Positions 23,778 through 33,075 of a stretch of 48,892 nt of DNA are shown here, piece after piece. Under the pieces are notes generated by a model, which worked only from the letters and a program-made list of their open reading frames with translations, was not told the DNA's origin and ran no database searches. How positions within the stretch are numbered: the first letter of the stretch is position 1; each line of letters starts with the position of its first letter. The translations under genes and the position numbers were made by a program. The stretch lies in assembly GCA_013360495.1 (NCBI GenBank), contig JABWBM010000001.1, positions 1 to 48,892 of the forward strand, written 5' to 3'. Source of the DNA: Planctomycetaceae bacterium (GTDB taxonomy: Bacteria > Planctomycetota > UBA8742 > UBA2392 > JABWBM01).

Positions 23778-24269
23778 ATGTCGAAGGGCGGCAAAGCGAA
23801 GAAGCAAGCGGACGGCGAGCATCTCGTCGCGTCCAATCGCCGCGCATTTCACGACTACCATGTTATCGAACAGTACGAGGCAGGAATCCAGCTTGTCGGC
23901 ACTGAGGTAAAATCCCTGCGCGACGGCCAGTGCCAACTCCTGGCTTCCTACGCAAGAGTCGACGAACATTCGCCCGTCGTCTGGCTCCATAGCGTGCTGA
24001 TCCCCGAATACCGCAATGCCGGGCCGGCCTTTCAGCACGAACCGCAGCGCAAAAGAAAATTGTTATTGCACAAGCGAGAAATCGAGTCGATCCGCAAGGC
24101 GCTCAACGAGAAAGGCACGACGCTCGTTCCACTCAAGGTCTACTTCAAGCAGGGGCGCGCGAAGGTGGCGATCGCGGTATGCCGCGGGAAACGCAAAGCC
24201 GACAAGCGCGAAGATATGAAGACACGCGATTCAAAACGCGAGATCGACCGTTACTCCAAGGGACGGTAA
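23778..24269 (+). CDS. smpB: SsrA-binding protein SmpB
   Basis: NRRAFHDYHVIEQYEAGIQLVGTEVKSLRDG is followed by a basic C-terminal tail. The 163 aa length fits. Confidence 0.92.
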   Translation: MSKGGKAKKQADGEHLVASNRRAFHDYHVIEQYEAGIQLVGTEVKSLRDGQCQLLASYARVDEHSPVVWLHSVLIPEYRNAGPAFQHEPQRKRKLLLHKREIESIRKALNEKGTTLVPLKVYFKQGRAKVAIAVCRGKRKADKREDMKTRDSKREIDRYSKGR

Positions 24270-24292
24270 ACAACCCCGGTTCAAATGTTATA

Positions 24293-24694
24293 ATGGTTCA
24301 TATGGCTTGCGTGATGGATCTGATGCCACCGCCGGAAGGCATGACGGCCGCCAACGCGGACGAGGGCAAGCGCTTCGCGGCGTACATCGCTGCGTCTCCA
24401 TGGCTGGTCATTGCACGTGGGAGCAGCGTCGATGCCGCGCGTCAAGCGCTCGCTCACGCGCGTGAGCAGGGCTTGCGCGTCGACCTGATGATCTTCGAAG
24501 ACGAGGACGAGTTCGATTCGGGCGCGATCGTCAGCGCCGGGAGCAAATACCGTCATGTGGTCGCTGTGTGTCCGCCTGACAGTGGCTTTGACGCCGAAGT
24601 GCAGCAAGCGTTGCCAACAGTTCCAGTCATCGCTTCCGCGCCGGAGACCTCTCGTATTCTCGAAGTCCTGCGCCACACCCCAAGATGCTGCTGA
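24293..24694 (+). CDS. Hypothetical protein (about 130 aa)
   Basis: The ORF is downstream of smpB. TATAAT (24289-24294) overlaps ATG 24293, so ATG 24302 (MACVMDL) may be a leaderless start. I recognise no motif. The protein ends in Cys-Cys. Confidence 0.4.
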   Translation: MVHMACVMDLMPPPEGMTAANADEGKRFAAYIAASPWLVIARGSSVDAARQALAHAREQGLRVDLMIFEDEDEFDSGAIVSAGSKYRHVVAVCPPDSGFDAEVQQALPTVPVIASAPETSRILEVLRHTPRCC

Positions 24695-24736
24695 CATTTC
24701 CGCTCCCATGACGTATGGTCGTGGCGGAGTTCGATC

Positions 24737-25294
24737 ATGGACATGCGAAACTGGTTCCTCGCCTTTCATATGCTCGGTGTGATTGTCTACGCGGGGAGCC
24801 TCCTGACGCTCTCGCGACTTTTAGCATTTACGGTGGCACAACCGGCGGAAACGCGTGAGCGGTTGATTCCTTTCGTGAGGCGGTCGTATTTCTTCGTGAC
24901 ATTGCCGTCGCTCATAGTGCTGCTCATCTTCGGCCTGTTGTTGATTTTCAAAGTGGGCGAACCCGGCGGCGGTATCCTCGATTACCTCAAACCCTATGCC
25001 GACGAGGCCCACACCATCCGCACACCGTGGTACAGCACCTTTCACGCGAAACTCGTGCTCTTCGCGTCGCTGGTAGCCATCGATATCTCCATGGGCCGCA
25101 GCATCGGCAAGCTCTCGCGCGGCGTGACGACGTTAAGCCCGCGCCGCTTCAAGATGCTGCATGGGTTGATGGCGCTGATCATCCTGCTCATCGTGATTTT
25201 GATGGAAGCTGGGCCGCTCAAAGGGCCAACTATCGACGCCTACTTCCCCAAACACCACGCGGCGCAAACAGCCCAGCAACCGGGTCAGCCATGA
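24737..25294 (+). CDS. CopD/HemJ-like integral membrane protein (possible protoporphyrinogen IX oxidase HemJ)
   Basis: The N-terminal WFLAFHMLGVIVYAGSLLTLSRL resembles the HemJ KAFH..G.V.W.AGL...PRL motif, and there is a second His in TFHAKLVL. It has four or five TM segments, and its stop overlaps the hemC start (ATGA). Confidence 0.45.
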   Translation: MDMRNWFLAFHMLGVIVYAGSLLTLSRLLAFTVAQPAETRERLIPFVRRSYFFVTLPSLIVLLIFGLLLIFKVGEPGGGILDYLKPYADEAHTIRTPWYSTFHAKLVLFASLVAIDISMGRSIGKLSRGVTTLSPRRFKMLHGLMALIILLIVILMEAGPLKGPTIDAYFPKHHAAQTAQQPGQP

Positions 25295-26286
25295 GCGAAC
25301 GCATCGTCATCGCCACGCGCGGTTCGAAACTCGCCCTGTGGCAGACGGAACATGTGCGCGATCTGCTTTTAAAGTCCAAACCCGGCATCAGCGTCGAAAT
25401 CCGGACCATCACCACACGCGGCGACACGAATCTCGACACGCCCATCGCCGAGATCGGCGACAAAGGGTTGTTCACGGCGGAACTACAGGCCGCGTTGCGA
25501 AGCGACGATTGCGACATCGCCGTCCACAGCCTCAAAGATCTTGAAACGGTCGATGCGGAGGGTTTGGCCATTCTCGCCATTCTCGAGCGGGAGGATCATC
25601 GCGATGTCCTACTCGCGCGCAAGCCGTCTTTGACATATCGCGGCGCATGGGCGCTGGAACAGCTCGCGGACAACGCTGTCGTCGGGACTGGCGCACTGCG
25701 CCGCAACGCGCAACTGCTCGCCCATCGCCCTGATTGCTCCGTGAAAAACCTGCGCGGCAATGTCGACACTCGCGTGAAAAAGCTGACCGATGGCGAGTAC
25801 GACGCCATCATTCTCGCGGCTGCCGGGTTGCTGAGACTTGGCTACATTGCGCACGGGACGCTTGCGCCGATGCCGGCCATGCTGCCGCCGGAGATTGTGA
25901 CGATGCCACTTGCGCCCGAACATTGGCTTTCGGCGTCTTGTCAGGGCGCCATTGCCATCGAAGGGCGCAAGGCTGACAAGCGCGTGGCGAAACTGTGCGC
26001 GGCGCTCGACCACGGCCCGAGCCGCATCGCCTGTGAAGCAGAGCGCGCATTTCTGCGCACGATCGAAGGCGGATGCAAGGTTCCCGTTGGCGTCCATGCG
26101 CGGCAACAGAGGGACCAACTGAATATTTCCAGCGGCATCTTCGCTGTCGATGGATCGGCCAAGGCGCTTGGCAATGTCACGGTATCTTCCGATAATGCGA
26201 GCGATGCGGCTGTGAAGCTCGCGCAAAGGCTGCTCGATGATGGCGGCCGCAGGATTCTCGATACGCTTCGACAGAACAAGCCATGA
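25291..26286 (+). CDS. hemC: Porphobilinogen deaminase (hydroxymethylbilane synthase)
   Basis: MSERIVIATRGSKLALWQTEHV...TRGD...GDKGLFTAEL...AVHSLKDL is the full HemC pattern. The track start at 25027 is an upstream extension overlapping the previous gene. Confidence 0.92.
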   Translation: MSERIVIATRGSKLALWQTEHVRDLLLKSKPGISVEIRTITTRGDTNLDTPIAEIGDKGLFTAELQAALRSDDCDIAVHSLKDLETVDAEGLAILAILEREDHRDVLLARKPSLTYRGAWALEQLADNAVVGTGALRRNAQLLAHRPDCSVKNLRGNVDTRVKKLTDGEYDAIILAAAGLLRLGYIAHGTLAPMPAMLPPEIVTMPLAPEHWLSASCQGAIAIEGRKADKRVAKLCAALDHGPSRIACEAERAFLRTIEGGCKVPVGVHARQQRDQLNISSGIFAVDGSAKALGNVTVSSDNASDAAVKLAQRLLDDGGRRILDTLRQNKP

Positions 26287-27263
26287 TCAAAATTTGCGTC
26301 ATTTCTGTTCTCGCGGGAGCTGCGCTGGCGCAGCAGCCGGCAATGCCGTCTGACAAGCCCGACGACGGTAAACCAGTCGAAGCGCCAGAGAAACAAGAGA
26401 AACGTATCGTCACCACGCGCTTCACCGCCGCTCTTCCCGATGGCTGGGTGGAGACGCCCAATGACTGGGGCGCGCTCGTGGCTCTCAAGCCTCGGGGCGA
26501 TTCTGCCGGCCGCGCGATGGATGTCTGGCGCGAGGCGTTATTCGTCGCGCAGCCGGAGCAGACGGCGTTCCTTGATCGTTATGCGGCGTCGTTGAAGCCG
26601 TCTGGCGGAGGCGTCGTCGATCCGGTGCGTTTTGGAAGCGCCGGCAACCGCGAAATCGCGCAGATTCGTCTACGCACGAGCGCTGAACGGTTTCAAGAGT
26701 ATTGGCTGGCCTTCACCGATGACGGCGTATTCGTCATTGTCATTACCACCACCGACCACTATGCAAACGCCGACTTTATGGCGGCTCGTGCGCTGGCCGA
26801 TAGCATGAGGTTCACGCCCGGCACGGACGCAAAAGAACTGGAAGGGTTTTGCAAGGGTCTCGCGGCTGAGCGGGAATGGCTTGCGCAGACTGGCAAGCGC
26901 GTGGCAAGATTGACCGCGCCGTGGAGGGCCGATGACGGGCAGCAACCGGCGGGTATCGCCATTACGAATGTCAGCGCGCCAATATTGCCGGGCGATGTAT
27001 TCGCGTTGATTGCTCTCTTCAGAAAGAGCGCGATTCCGGAGGGTGCAAGCATCGAACGGGAAGGCTGGGCGACCGATACGCCGGATACGTGGAACGCCGA
27101 TTTCACCGTAAACGAAAGCGGTAGCGAGCGACGCTACAATATCGCTCTCGTGTTCGGCTCGAAGAAGATTTTCGCGCTTCGATTGAGTTCGTCGCGGGAT
27201 CGATACGACGAAACGCACCGGGCATACCTGAGCGCGCTCGCGGCCATCGCGGCGGCGAAATGA
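26283..27263 (+). CDS. Hypothetical exported protein
   Basis: It has a signal peptide (MIKICVISVLAGAALAQQ) and an ATGA overlap with the hemC stop. I recognise no catalytic motif. Confidence 0.5.
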   Translation: MIKICVISVLAGAALAQQPAMPSDKPDDGKPVEAPEKQEKRIVTTRFTAALPDGWVETPNDWGALVALKPRGDSAGRAMDVWREALFVAQPEQTAFLDRYAASLKPSGGGVVDPVRFGSAGNREIAQIRLRTSAERFQEYWLAFTDDGVFVIVITTTDHYANADFMAARALADSMRFTPGTDAKELEGFCKGLAAEREWLAQTGKRVARLTAPWRADDGQQPAGIAITNVSAPILPGDVFALIALFRKSAIPEGASIEREGWATDTPDTWNADFTVNESGSERRYNIALVFGSKKIFALRLSSSRDRYDETHRAYLSALAAIAAAK

Positions 27264-27273
27264 CAACCTGAGT

Positions 27274-28968
27274 TCAAAACGCCCGGTTCTTGCGCCGTCT
27301 GCGTATACGGAGTAGCGCAGCCGCGCCGATGGCGCCAAGATAGATGGACGTGATGCCCGGCGCGGCAACCGCGGATTGCGCCGAGCAACCGGCGTTTTGG
27401 CCGAAGAGCACGGACTCGGGCGTTTCAACGTCGGCGCCGCCATCGTCGCCATCGTCCGGTTCTTCGTAGGTGAATGCGTTTGGCAGGCTGGCGGTGCCGG
27501 CGGAATTTTCGACTTCGACGGCTACCAAGTCCCCAACCGTTCCATTGGGAACGATCGCGGTGATTTGCGTATCGCTATCGACATTGAAATTCGCGTCCAG
27601 CGTTCCAAACCGGACTTCAATATTCGCCTCAACATCGCAGAGAAATCCCGTTCCCGTGATGATGACGTCGGAACCGATAAGGGCTTCATCGGGGGATACG
27701 CTGACGATCGTTGGGGCCGTGGTGCATGGATCGTAGTCGAAGCCGCCTGCCACTTCGGTATCTCCGTCCGAGGACTCAAACGTGAGGTCGACCGTTCCGG
27801 ATGGGGACTGCGGTGGTGTTACGACCGTGCGACTGAAGTCCGATCCTCCAACGACGGGCGCTATCGCGGTTCCGCCGCCGAAGCTCACGCCTGTGAGGTT
27901 TGTAAGCAATATGCCATCGATGGTCAGGGTGTCGCCGCCCCCCATCACGCCGCTGGATGGGGAGATACTGTCGATCACCGGTCCGGGAAATCCGCCAAAG
28001 TTGATGACGAGACCGCTGCCGGCCGTGGTGCCATTGACGACGTCCGCGAGTGTTCCGACCCAACCGGCGACCCCGGCGTCCGTGTTCCATGCGGCGTCGG
28101 CATCGGTCGCTGCCTGCTGCACGTCGCCCGCGGTGACACCCGCGCAAATGGCGAAAGCGATGATCGCCGTGTCGCCGATGGCGGGGAGACTGATATCGGG
28201 AGCCGTCATGGCGGTAAAAATTTCTTGTCCAGGCGCGCCGATATCCGCGTCAATGCCGGCATCGGTAAAAAGAGCGATTATTTCGCCGGCATCGGACGCT
28301 GGAAACGTCATTTCATAATCCACGTTTTGCGGAGTGCCGCTCAAAAGCGCGAGGCCGAACTGATCGGAGCCCGCTCCATCGAAATGCCGGATGAGCGGAA
28401 CCCCGCCAGCGCTGAGATCCTCTGTTTCGTCGTCAGTATTGCTGGTGGCGCCGCCGACATTAAAATTAACCCAGAGTGTCGGACTGAGATCGTTGGCGAT
28501 CGCGGCGGTAGCCGTAATCTTAAAGACCACGATAATGTACCCGCTCGTCGACGTGGCATCGGCAAAGGTGAATTGTTCCACTTCAATACCGGACCCGCCA
28601 TCCGCGGTATTATCCCACTTGCAGAAGGTCGTCGCGTAGTCGCCAACGGCTGGCCCGTCGGTAATTGCGGTGAGATTGCTCCAGTCAACGGGATCGCCGT
28701 TAGCGCCGCTATATACAACATTGCCAGAGGTTTGATCCGCCAAGCTCAACGTCGCGGCTTCGATGACATCCGCAACGCCGTTGAACGATGCGCCCCATCC
28801 CGGTGACGCGCCTCCGGTGTCGTCCACGGTGAGGAGCAACGCGCCGGCACCCGGGTCGCCGCCGCCATCGACCTGCGATGCTGTTTGGGCCGACAGGAAG
28901 CTGGAACAGAAAATCCCAATGGCCAATGCCACAAACCGGGTTTTGTTATGCCAATACTTACGAAACAT
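27274..28968 (-). CDS. Exported surface protein with IPT/TIG-like Ig domains and an AGCS-TM-basic C-terminal tail
   Basis: GGAGGA lies upstream of ATG 28968 (MFRKYWHNKTRFVALAIGIFCSSFLSAQT, a signal peptide). Two IPT-like modules are present (PVIDSISPSSGVMGGGDTLTIDG and PTIVSVSPDEALIGSDVIITGTGF). The C-terminus reads GQNAGCSAQSAVAAPGITSIYLGAIGAAALLRIRRRRKNRAF. Confidence 0.75.
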   Translation of the reverse strand: MFRKYWHNKTRFVALAIGIFCSSFLSAQTASQVDGGGDPGAGALLLTVDDTGGASPGWGASFNGVADVIEAATLSLADQTSGNVVYSGANGDPVDWSNLTAITDGPAVGDYATTFCKWDNTADGGSGIEVEQFTFADATSTSGYIIVVFKITATAAIANDLSPTLWVNFNVGGATSNTDDETEDLSAGGVPLIRHFDGAGSDQFGLALLSGTPQNVDYEMTFPASDAGEIIALFTDAGIDADIGAPGQEIFTAMTAPDISLPAIGDTAIIAFAICAGVTAGDVQQAATDADAAWNTDAGVAGWVGTLADVVNGTTAGSGLVINFGGFPGPVIDSISPSSGVMGGGDTLTIDGILLTNLTGVSFGGGTAIAPVVGGSDFSRTVVTPPQSPSGTVDLTFESSDGDTEVAGGFDYDPCTTAPTIVSVSPDEALIGSDVIITGTGFLCDVEANIEVRFGTLDANFNVDSDTQITAIVPNGTVGDLVAVEVENSAGTASLPNAFTYEEPDDGDDGGADVETPESVLFGQNAGCSAQSAVAAPGITSIYLGAIGAAALLRIRRRRKNRAF

Positions 28969-29125
28969 GAAACATCCTCCGCTTGGAAGGGCGCAAGAAT
29001 AGCCGGGAGGGGGAGTCGAGGAAGAGTCATTTTGTATTCTTTTCTCTGCCCGTGCCACAAAATCTTTTGTGTTCGCAGCCGAACGGTCTTGCGCCCTAAC
29101 AAGCGGTTTCGGAGCGTCCGCTCGC

Positions 29126-29134
29126 TGCTATACT
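29126..29134 (+). promoter_or_regulatory. Extended -10-like box TGCTATACT 10 nt upstream of the lspA ATG (leaderless candidate)
   Basis: Read directly, and no SD lies between the box and ATG 29145. An identical 9-mer occurs at 34405-34413 before msrA. Confidence 0.35.
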
Positions 29135-29144
29135 CCAAATCGTC

Positions 29145-29867
29145 ATGAGCGAAACGCCTGAAAAGCCATCGTCGTTGTTCCAGCGTCTCGTCGGCACCAA
29201 AGTCAGGTTCTGGGTCGTCGTGCTCGTTCTGCTCGCCGCCGATCTGGCGTCGAAGGAATGGGCGGAGAGCGCGTTGACTGTTAAAACGCCGTTCATTCAT
29301 GCTGGCGTTTCAAGAATCGAGCATGACAGCGGCCGCCACGGCGAAGAAGGCGTCGAGTTCATCCCCGGCGCACTCCATTTCAAATACGCCGAGAACTACG
29401 GCGCCGCGTTCTCCATCGGCTCCGACGGCTCGATCCCCTTCGCTATCCTGAGCATCGGCGTGCTCGGCATCCTCTTCTATATTGTCGCAGGCACACCGCG
29501 CGAACGCTGGTTCACGTTGCTCTGCTACGCGCTGATCACCGGCGGGGCGCTCGGCAACCTCCACGACCGGCTTTTCCACAAGACCGCTGACGTGCGCTTC
29601 GCCTTCGGGCCGGACGAGCCGAACCCCAACTACGGCAAGGAAACGACGGCGGTACGCGATTTCCTCTATTGGCCCTTCGATATCCCGGTCTACTCCACGG
29701 TCGCCCTCGACCCCGGACAGCCGCCTCGCAAGTTCCCGATTTTCAACGTCGCGGATTCCGGCATCACGGGCGGCGTTATCGGCCTGATCATCGTGGCGAT
29801 CTTCACACCTGACCCGAGAAAGAAGCCGAAGGAAACACTGCCTGCCACAGGAGTGGCAGCCTCATGA
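29145..29867 (+). CDS. lspA: Lipoprotein signal peptidase (signal peptidase II)
   Basis: It carries DLASKEWA, NYGAAFS, GGALGNLHDRL, VRDFLYW and FNVADSGITGGVIGLII, the LspA conserved blocks, plus an internal insertion. Confidence 0.85.
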   Translation: MSETPEKPSSLFQRLVGTKVRFWVVVLVLLAADLASKEWAESALTVKTPFIHAGVSRIEHDSGRHGEEGVEFIPGALHFKYAENYGAAFSIGSDGSIPFAILSIGVLGILFYIVAGTPRERWFTLLCYALITGGALGNLHDRLFHKTADVRFAFGPDEPNPNYGKETTAVRDFLYWPFDIPVYSTVALDPGQPPRKFPIFNVADSGITGGVIGLIIVAIFTPDPRKKPKETLPATGVAAS

Positions 29868-30799
29868 GCATCGACCTCTCCGTCAATGTCGGCTCGCTCG
29901 CGCTGCACAACCCGCTCATGACTGCCAGCGGCTGTTCAGGCTACGGCAAGGAACTCGCCGCTTATGATGATCTCTCGTGGCTCTCGGCGATTGTGGGGAA
30001 GTCCATCAGCAGAGAGCCGCGCCTCGGCAATCCTTATCCGCGCACCTGCGAAACGCCGTCGGGGATGATCAACGCCATCGGCCTGCCCAACGAGGGTTGG
30101 GAGAGCTACACGCGAAATACTTTGCCGCTGATGCGCGAGTTGGTTCGTGGCAAGCCGACAAAGATCGTGCTCAACATCGTCGGCCACGACCTCGATGAAT
30201 ACACATGGGTCGCCGAACGCGCTAACGATGAATCTGACATCGCGGCCGTCGAATTGAATCTGAGCTGCCCGAACGTCGCGGGTGGGCTGCAGTTCTCCAC
30301 CACCGCCGATGGTTGCGAAAAGCTGGTGAAGGCAGTTCGCAAGGTGCTGAAACTTCCATTGATCGCGAAGCTCTCGCCCAACGTCACGAGCGTCGCGGAC
30401 ATCGCCCGCGCCGCCGAGGCGGCTGGCGCGGATTCCTTAAGTTTGATCAACACTGTGCTCGGCATGAACGTGGACTGGCGCAAGCGCAAGGCATTGGTAG
30501 CCAACGGCATGGGTGGCCTGAGCGGTCCGGCGATCAAGCCCATCGCGCTGCGCTGTGTGTACGAGGCATGCAAAGCGGTAAAGATTCCAGTGATCGGCAT
30601 CGGCGGCATCTGCACCGCCGACGACGTGCTCGACTTCATGGTGTGCGGGGCAAGCGCCGTGCAACTCGGCACCGTGCTCTTTGTCGAGCCGGACGCGCCC
30701 CAGCGCATCGCGCGCGACCTGAAAGAACGTATGCGCGAGGCAAAAGTCGAGAAGTTGTCGAGCCTGATCGGGACGTTACGCGCGCGCGAAGGCGCATAA
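29864..30799 (+). CDS. pyrD: Dihydroorotate dehydrogenase (class 1-type catalytic subunit)
   Basis: It carries NPLMTASGCSGYG, AVELNLSCPNV, GGLSGPAIKPIALR and VIGIGGI. There is an ATGA overlap with lspA. Confidence 0.88.
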   Translation: MSIDLSVNVGSLALHNPLMTASGCSGYGKELAAYDDLSWLSAIVGKSISREPRLGNPYPRTCETPSGMINAIGLPNEGWESYTRNTLPLMRELVRGKPTKIVLNIVGHDLDEYTWVAERANDESDIAAVELNLSCPNVAGGLQFSTTADGCEKLVKAVRKVLKLPLIAKLSPNVTSVADIARAAEAAGADSLSLINTVLGMNVDWRKRKALVANGMGGLSGPAIKPIALRCVYEACKAVKIPVIGIGGICTADDVLDFMVCGASAVQLGTVLFVEPDAPQRIARDLKERMREAKVEKLSSLIGTLRAREGA

Positions 30800-30850
30800 T
30801 GGGCAACGTCATTTCCTCAGCGGCTTGAATTTCAATGGAAGGAAGCATGT

Positions 30851-31255
30851 ATGGATACCCTGAGCATCACGGGAGAAGTCTTTCGCGCCTGCGAGTTCGG
30901 CTTGCTCGACCTCAAGCGCATGGCGGGCCAAGTGGATGACGTATCCGCTATCATTCCCGGCCGGGAGGGCGGTGCCATCGAATTCGCGGCGTTGATCCAG
31001 ATGGCCGGCGTAAAGCCTGGAGCGACCCATGCCGCACTCGCATCGGCGGATGGGTTCAGGGCGGCCGTGCCGCTCGTAAATGTTCAAAAGGCGCTCGTGG
31101 TTTACCGCCTTGGCAACGCCCCGCTTCCCGCCGACAAGGGGGGACCGTTCCGCTTTTTAATTCCCAATCCGGCCGAATGTCACAGCGGCGGCGCGGACAA
31201 GTGCGCGAACATCAAAGGGCTCAGCTCGATCGTGCTCACACGTGATCCAGGGTAG
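30851..31255 (+). CDS. Small molybdopterin-oxidoreductase-domain-like protein
   Basis: The pattern ...LLDL..M...V..V...IPG..G.A..F..L...AGVKP.A.......DGF...VPL.......L.VY...N.PL....GGPFR.LIP matches the sulfite-oxidase/YedY-type Moco-binding fold. GGAAGGAAG lies upstream of the ATG. Confidence 0.45.
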   Translation: MDTLSITGEVFRACEFGLLDLKRMAGQVDDVSAIIPGREGGAIEFAALIQMAGVKPGATHAALASADGFRAAVPLVNVQKALVVYRLGNAPLPADKGGPFRFLIPNPAECHSGGADKCANIKGLSSIVLTRDPG

Positions 31256-31521
31256 GCCACAAGACGACGAAGCCTCTTGTTCAACGGTTGACCGCTTCAG
31301 TAATAGGAAGGGGAAGAGAGTGAAACCGGGAAAGAGTGAAGCGTATCAGTGCCGATTGAGATAAAAATCCTCAAAAAGCAATATTTTGTCGTCGATGTTC
31401 GTTTTATGTGTCTTTTTGAAACATGTATACACCAGATGGTGAAAATTTATTCTTAAAAACCACAATTTATTGTTGCACGATGGCCAATCGTTTATATAGT
31501 TAACACTAACCAATCTCTTTC

Positions 31522-32934
31522 TCACTGAGTTGACGAGGAGCCGGTGTCGCGAGATACCGGCTCTTTCGTTTTAGCAATCGGCGTTTGGTTCATTTCTAAA
31601 TCTTCGGGAAGCTCCTCAACGATGTCTGCGTCGTCAAATATTTCCTCGGTAAGCAGCACGTCGTCCGCGCGCCGGTTTAACGCGCTCGCCAATGTGAGTG
31701 ACAGATAGCCATCGCACAGCGTCGCGAACGGAATTGCAACCAGCGACAGATCGGCAAGCAACCACGCGTGTTCCATATCGATGCCAAAACGCGGGGCGAT
31801 CCAGAGCATCAACGCGGGAAGCGCGATCGTCGCTCGTCCGAGCGCAAGAGCCGCGACACTCGCGAACCCTGCAAGCGCGATTATCCGCGCGCCTCCGAGG
31901 TCGCTGACCTTGAACCCGAAGACCACGATGGCGATGCAGCTCAACGCCGCCGCCGTTGAGATTCGCTGCATGATGAGCGACACGCCAAGACCGCGAACGG
32001 AATGGTCTCCCATAACGTCCTGAATCGCTGGCGCGCGCCCCCATTCGCCCATGCCGGCTGTACCCGCGAGCGCCAACTGCCCACGTCGCGCCAATGCTAT
32101 GTCAGCCTTGCCGGCGAACAATCGCACCAGCACAAGCGCTACGACACACGCAGCGAGTGCCGCGCTGAGCGCTGGAAACGCGAGCTCAAATACCACACGG
32201 TCAATAGCTGGGAGCGAAAGCGCCAACAGGAACGCCCCCGCACAGACTCCCGCTGCGTCGATTGTGACCGCTGCTACGCTAGAATGGCGCGCGGTCGCTT
32301 GAGTCCCGGTTCGCGCCGGAAGCAACCCCGCTACAATTGCGGCCACAATTCCGGCGACCGCGCTCAATGTCAGGCCAAGGTGTCCCCAACTCACTCCCAA
32401 ACCGGATACGTCGATCACCGTTCGCGGATTGTAGTCCGGCCGCACCGGCGAAACCGGCCAATATGTTGCTGCGCCAATACCCGCGGCAGCACCACCAATC
32501 ACCGAAAGCAGAACGAGTGGCAACGCCGCGAACGCCAGCGCCCGCGCGATGTGGGCCAGGCGGCTTCCGTACATGAAACGCATCTGCCGGCGCACCAACG
32601 TCCACGCGCCGAAGGCCGACGAGAACATGACGACGCCAACGGCGATCCAGGCAAGGCGGCGCGATAACGGCGCCGGGCCAAGCAAGAGACGCTGTCTCCG
32701 GGTTTCCCTGCGAACCTCCACGAGTGATTGGTCGCGCTCTGCGCTTGCGCCGAAATCGTCGTTCAACCGCTTGATTCTCGCTTCCTCGTCCCGCAGCACG
32801 GACGAGCGCCACGCCGCGAGTTTCCCGGCGTTGAGTGGCGCCACGAGCGAGTTGCCCTCGGACGCATAAGCGAAGTAGAGGCCCGCGCCAACTCCGATGA
32901 GCATCAAGACAAGATGAAGCCGAAGCGCCGCCAT
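31522..32934 (-). CDS. Polytopic membrane protein of unknown function (470 aa)
   Basis: It has about ten hydrophobic segments and an acidic C-terminal tail. There is no recognisable motif and no clear SD. Confidence 0.55.
   Translation of the reverse strand: MAALRLHLVLMLIGVGAGLYFAYASEGNSLVAPLNAGKLAAWRSSVLRDEEARIKRLNDDFGASAERDQSLVEVRRETRRQRLLLGPAPLSRRLAWIAVGVVMFSSAFGAWTLVRRQMRFMYGSRLAHIARALAFAALPLVLLSVIGGAAAGIGAATYWPVSPVRPDYNPRTVIDVSGLGVSWGHLGLTLSAVAGIVAAIVAGLLPARTGTQATARHSSVAAVTIDAAGVCAGAFLLALSLPAIDRVVFELAFPALSAALAACVVALVLVRLFAGKADIALARRGQLALAGTAGMGEWGRAPAIQDVMGDHSVRGLGVSLIMQRISTAAALSCIAIVVFGFKVSDLGGARIIALAGFASVAALALGRATIALPALMLWIAPRFGIDMEHAWLLADLSLVAIPFATLCDGYLSLTLASALNRRADDVLLTEEIFDDADIVEELPEDLEMNQTPIAKTKEPVSRDTGSSSTQ
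31538..31572 (+). terminator. Plus-strand intrinsic-terminator-like hairpin inside the 3' end of the minus-strand membrane-protein CDS
   Basis: GAGCCGGT-N10-ACCGGCTC is followed by TTTCGTTTT. A sigma70-like TTGCAC-16nt-TATAGT (31473-31500) lies just upstream on the same strand. Confidence 0.3.
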
Positions 32935-33075
32935 GGATGAAGGAGTTTACTCTCGCTTCACGGGTTCGAGCCTGTTTTTCTGCCGTGAACCCTTGCCCTC
33001 GCGCGCCAAACTCCCCAAAATCAAAATTCGGCTCTGACGCGATTACAACAAGGCACTGAACGACAGGAGAACGGC

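Noticed and set aside
24485-24491. A CTGATGA core followed by the TCTTCGAAGA palindrome, considered as a hammerhead ribozyme.
   Set aside because: There is no GAAA(C) core or stem I/III partners, and it lies inside a coding region.
32962-32972. A GGGTTCGAGCC T-loop-like string upstream of gdhA, considered as a tRNA fragment.
   Set aside because: The flanks do not form a T-stem, acceptor stem or anticodon arm. It is only part of a 7-bp TTCACGG/CCGTGAA inverted repeat in a promoter region.
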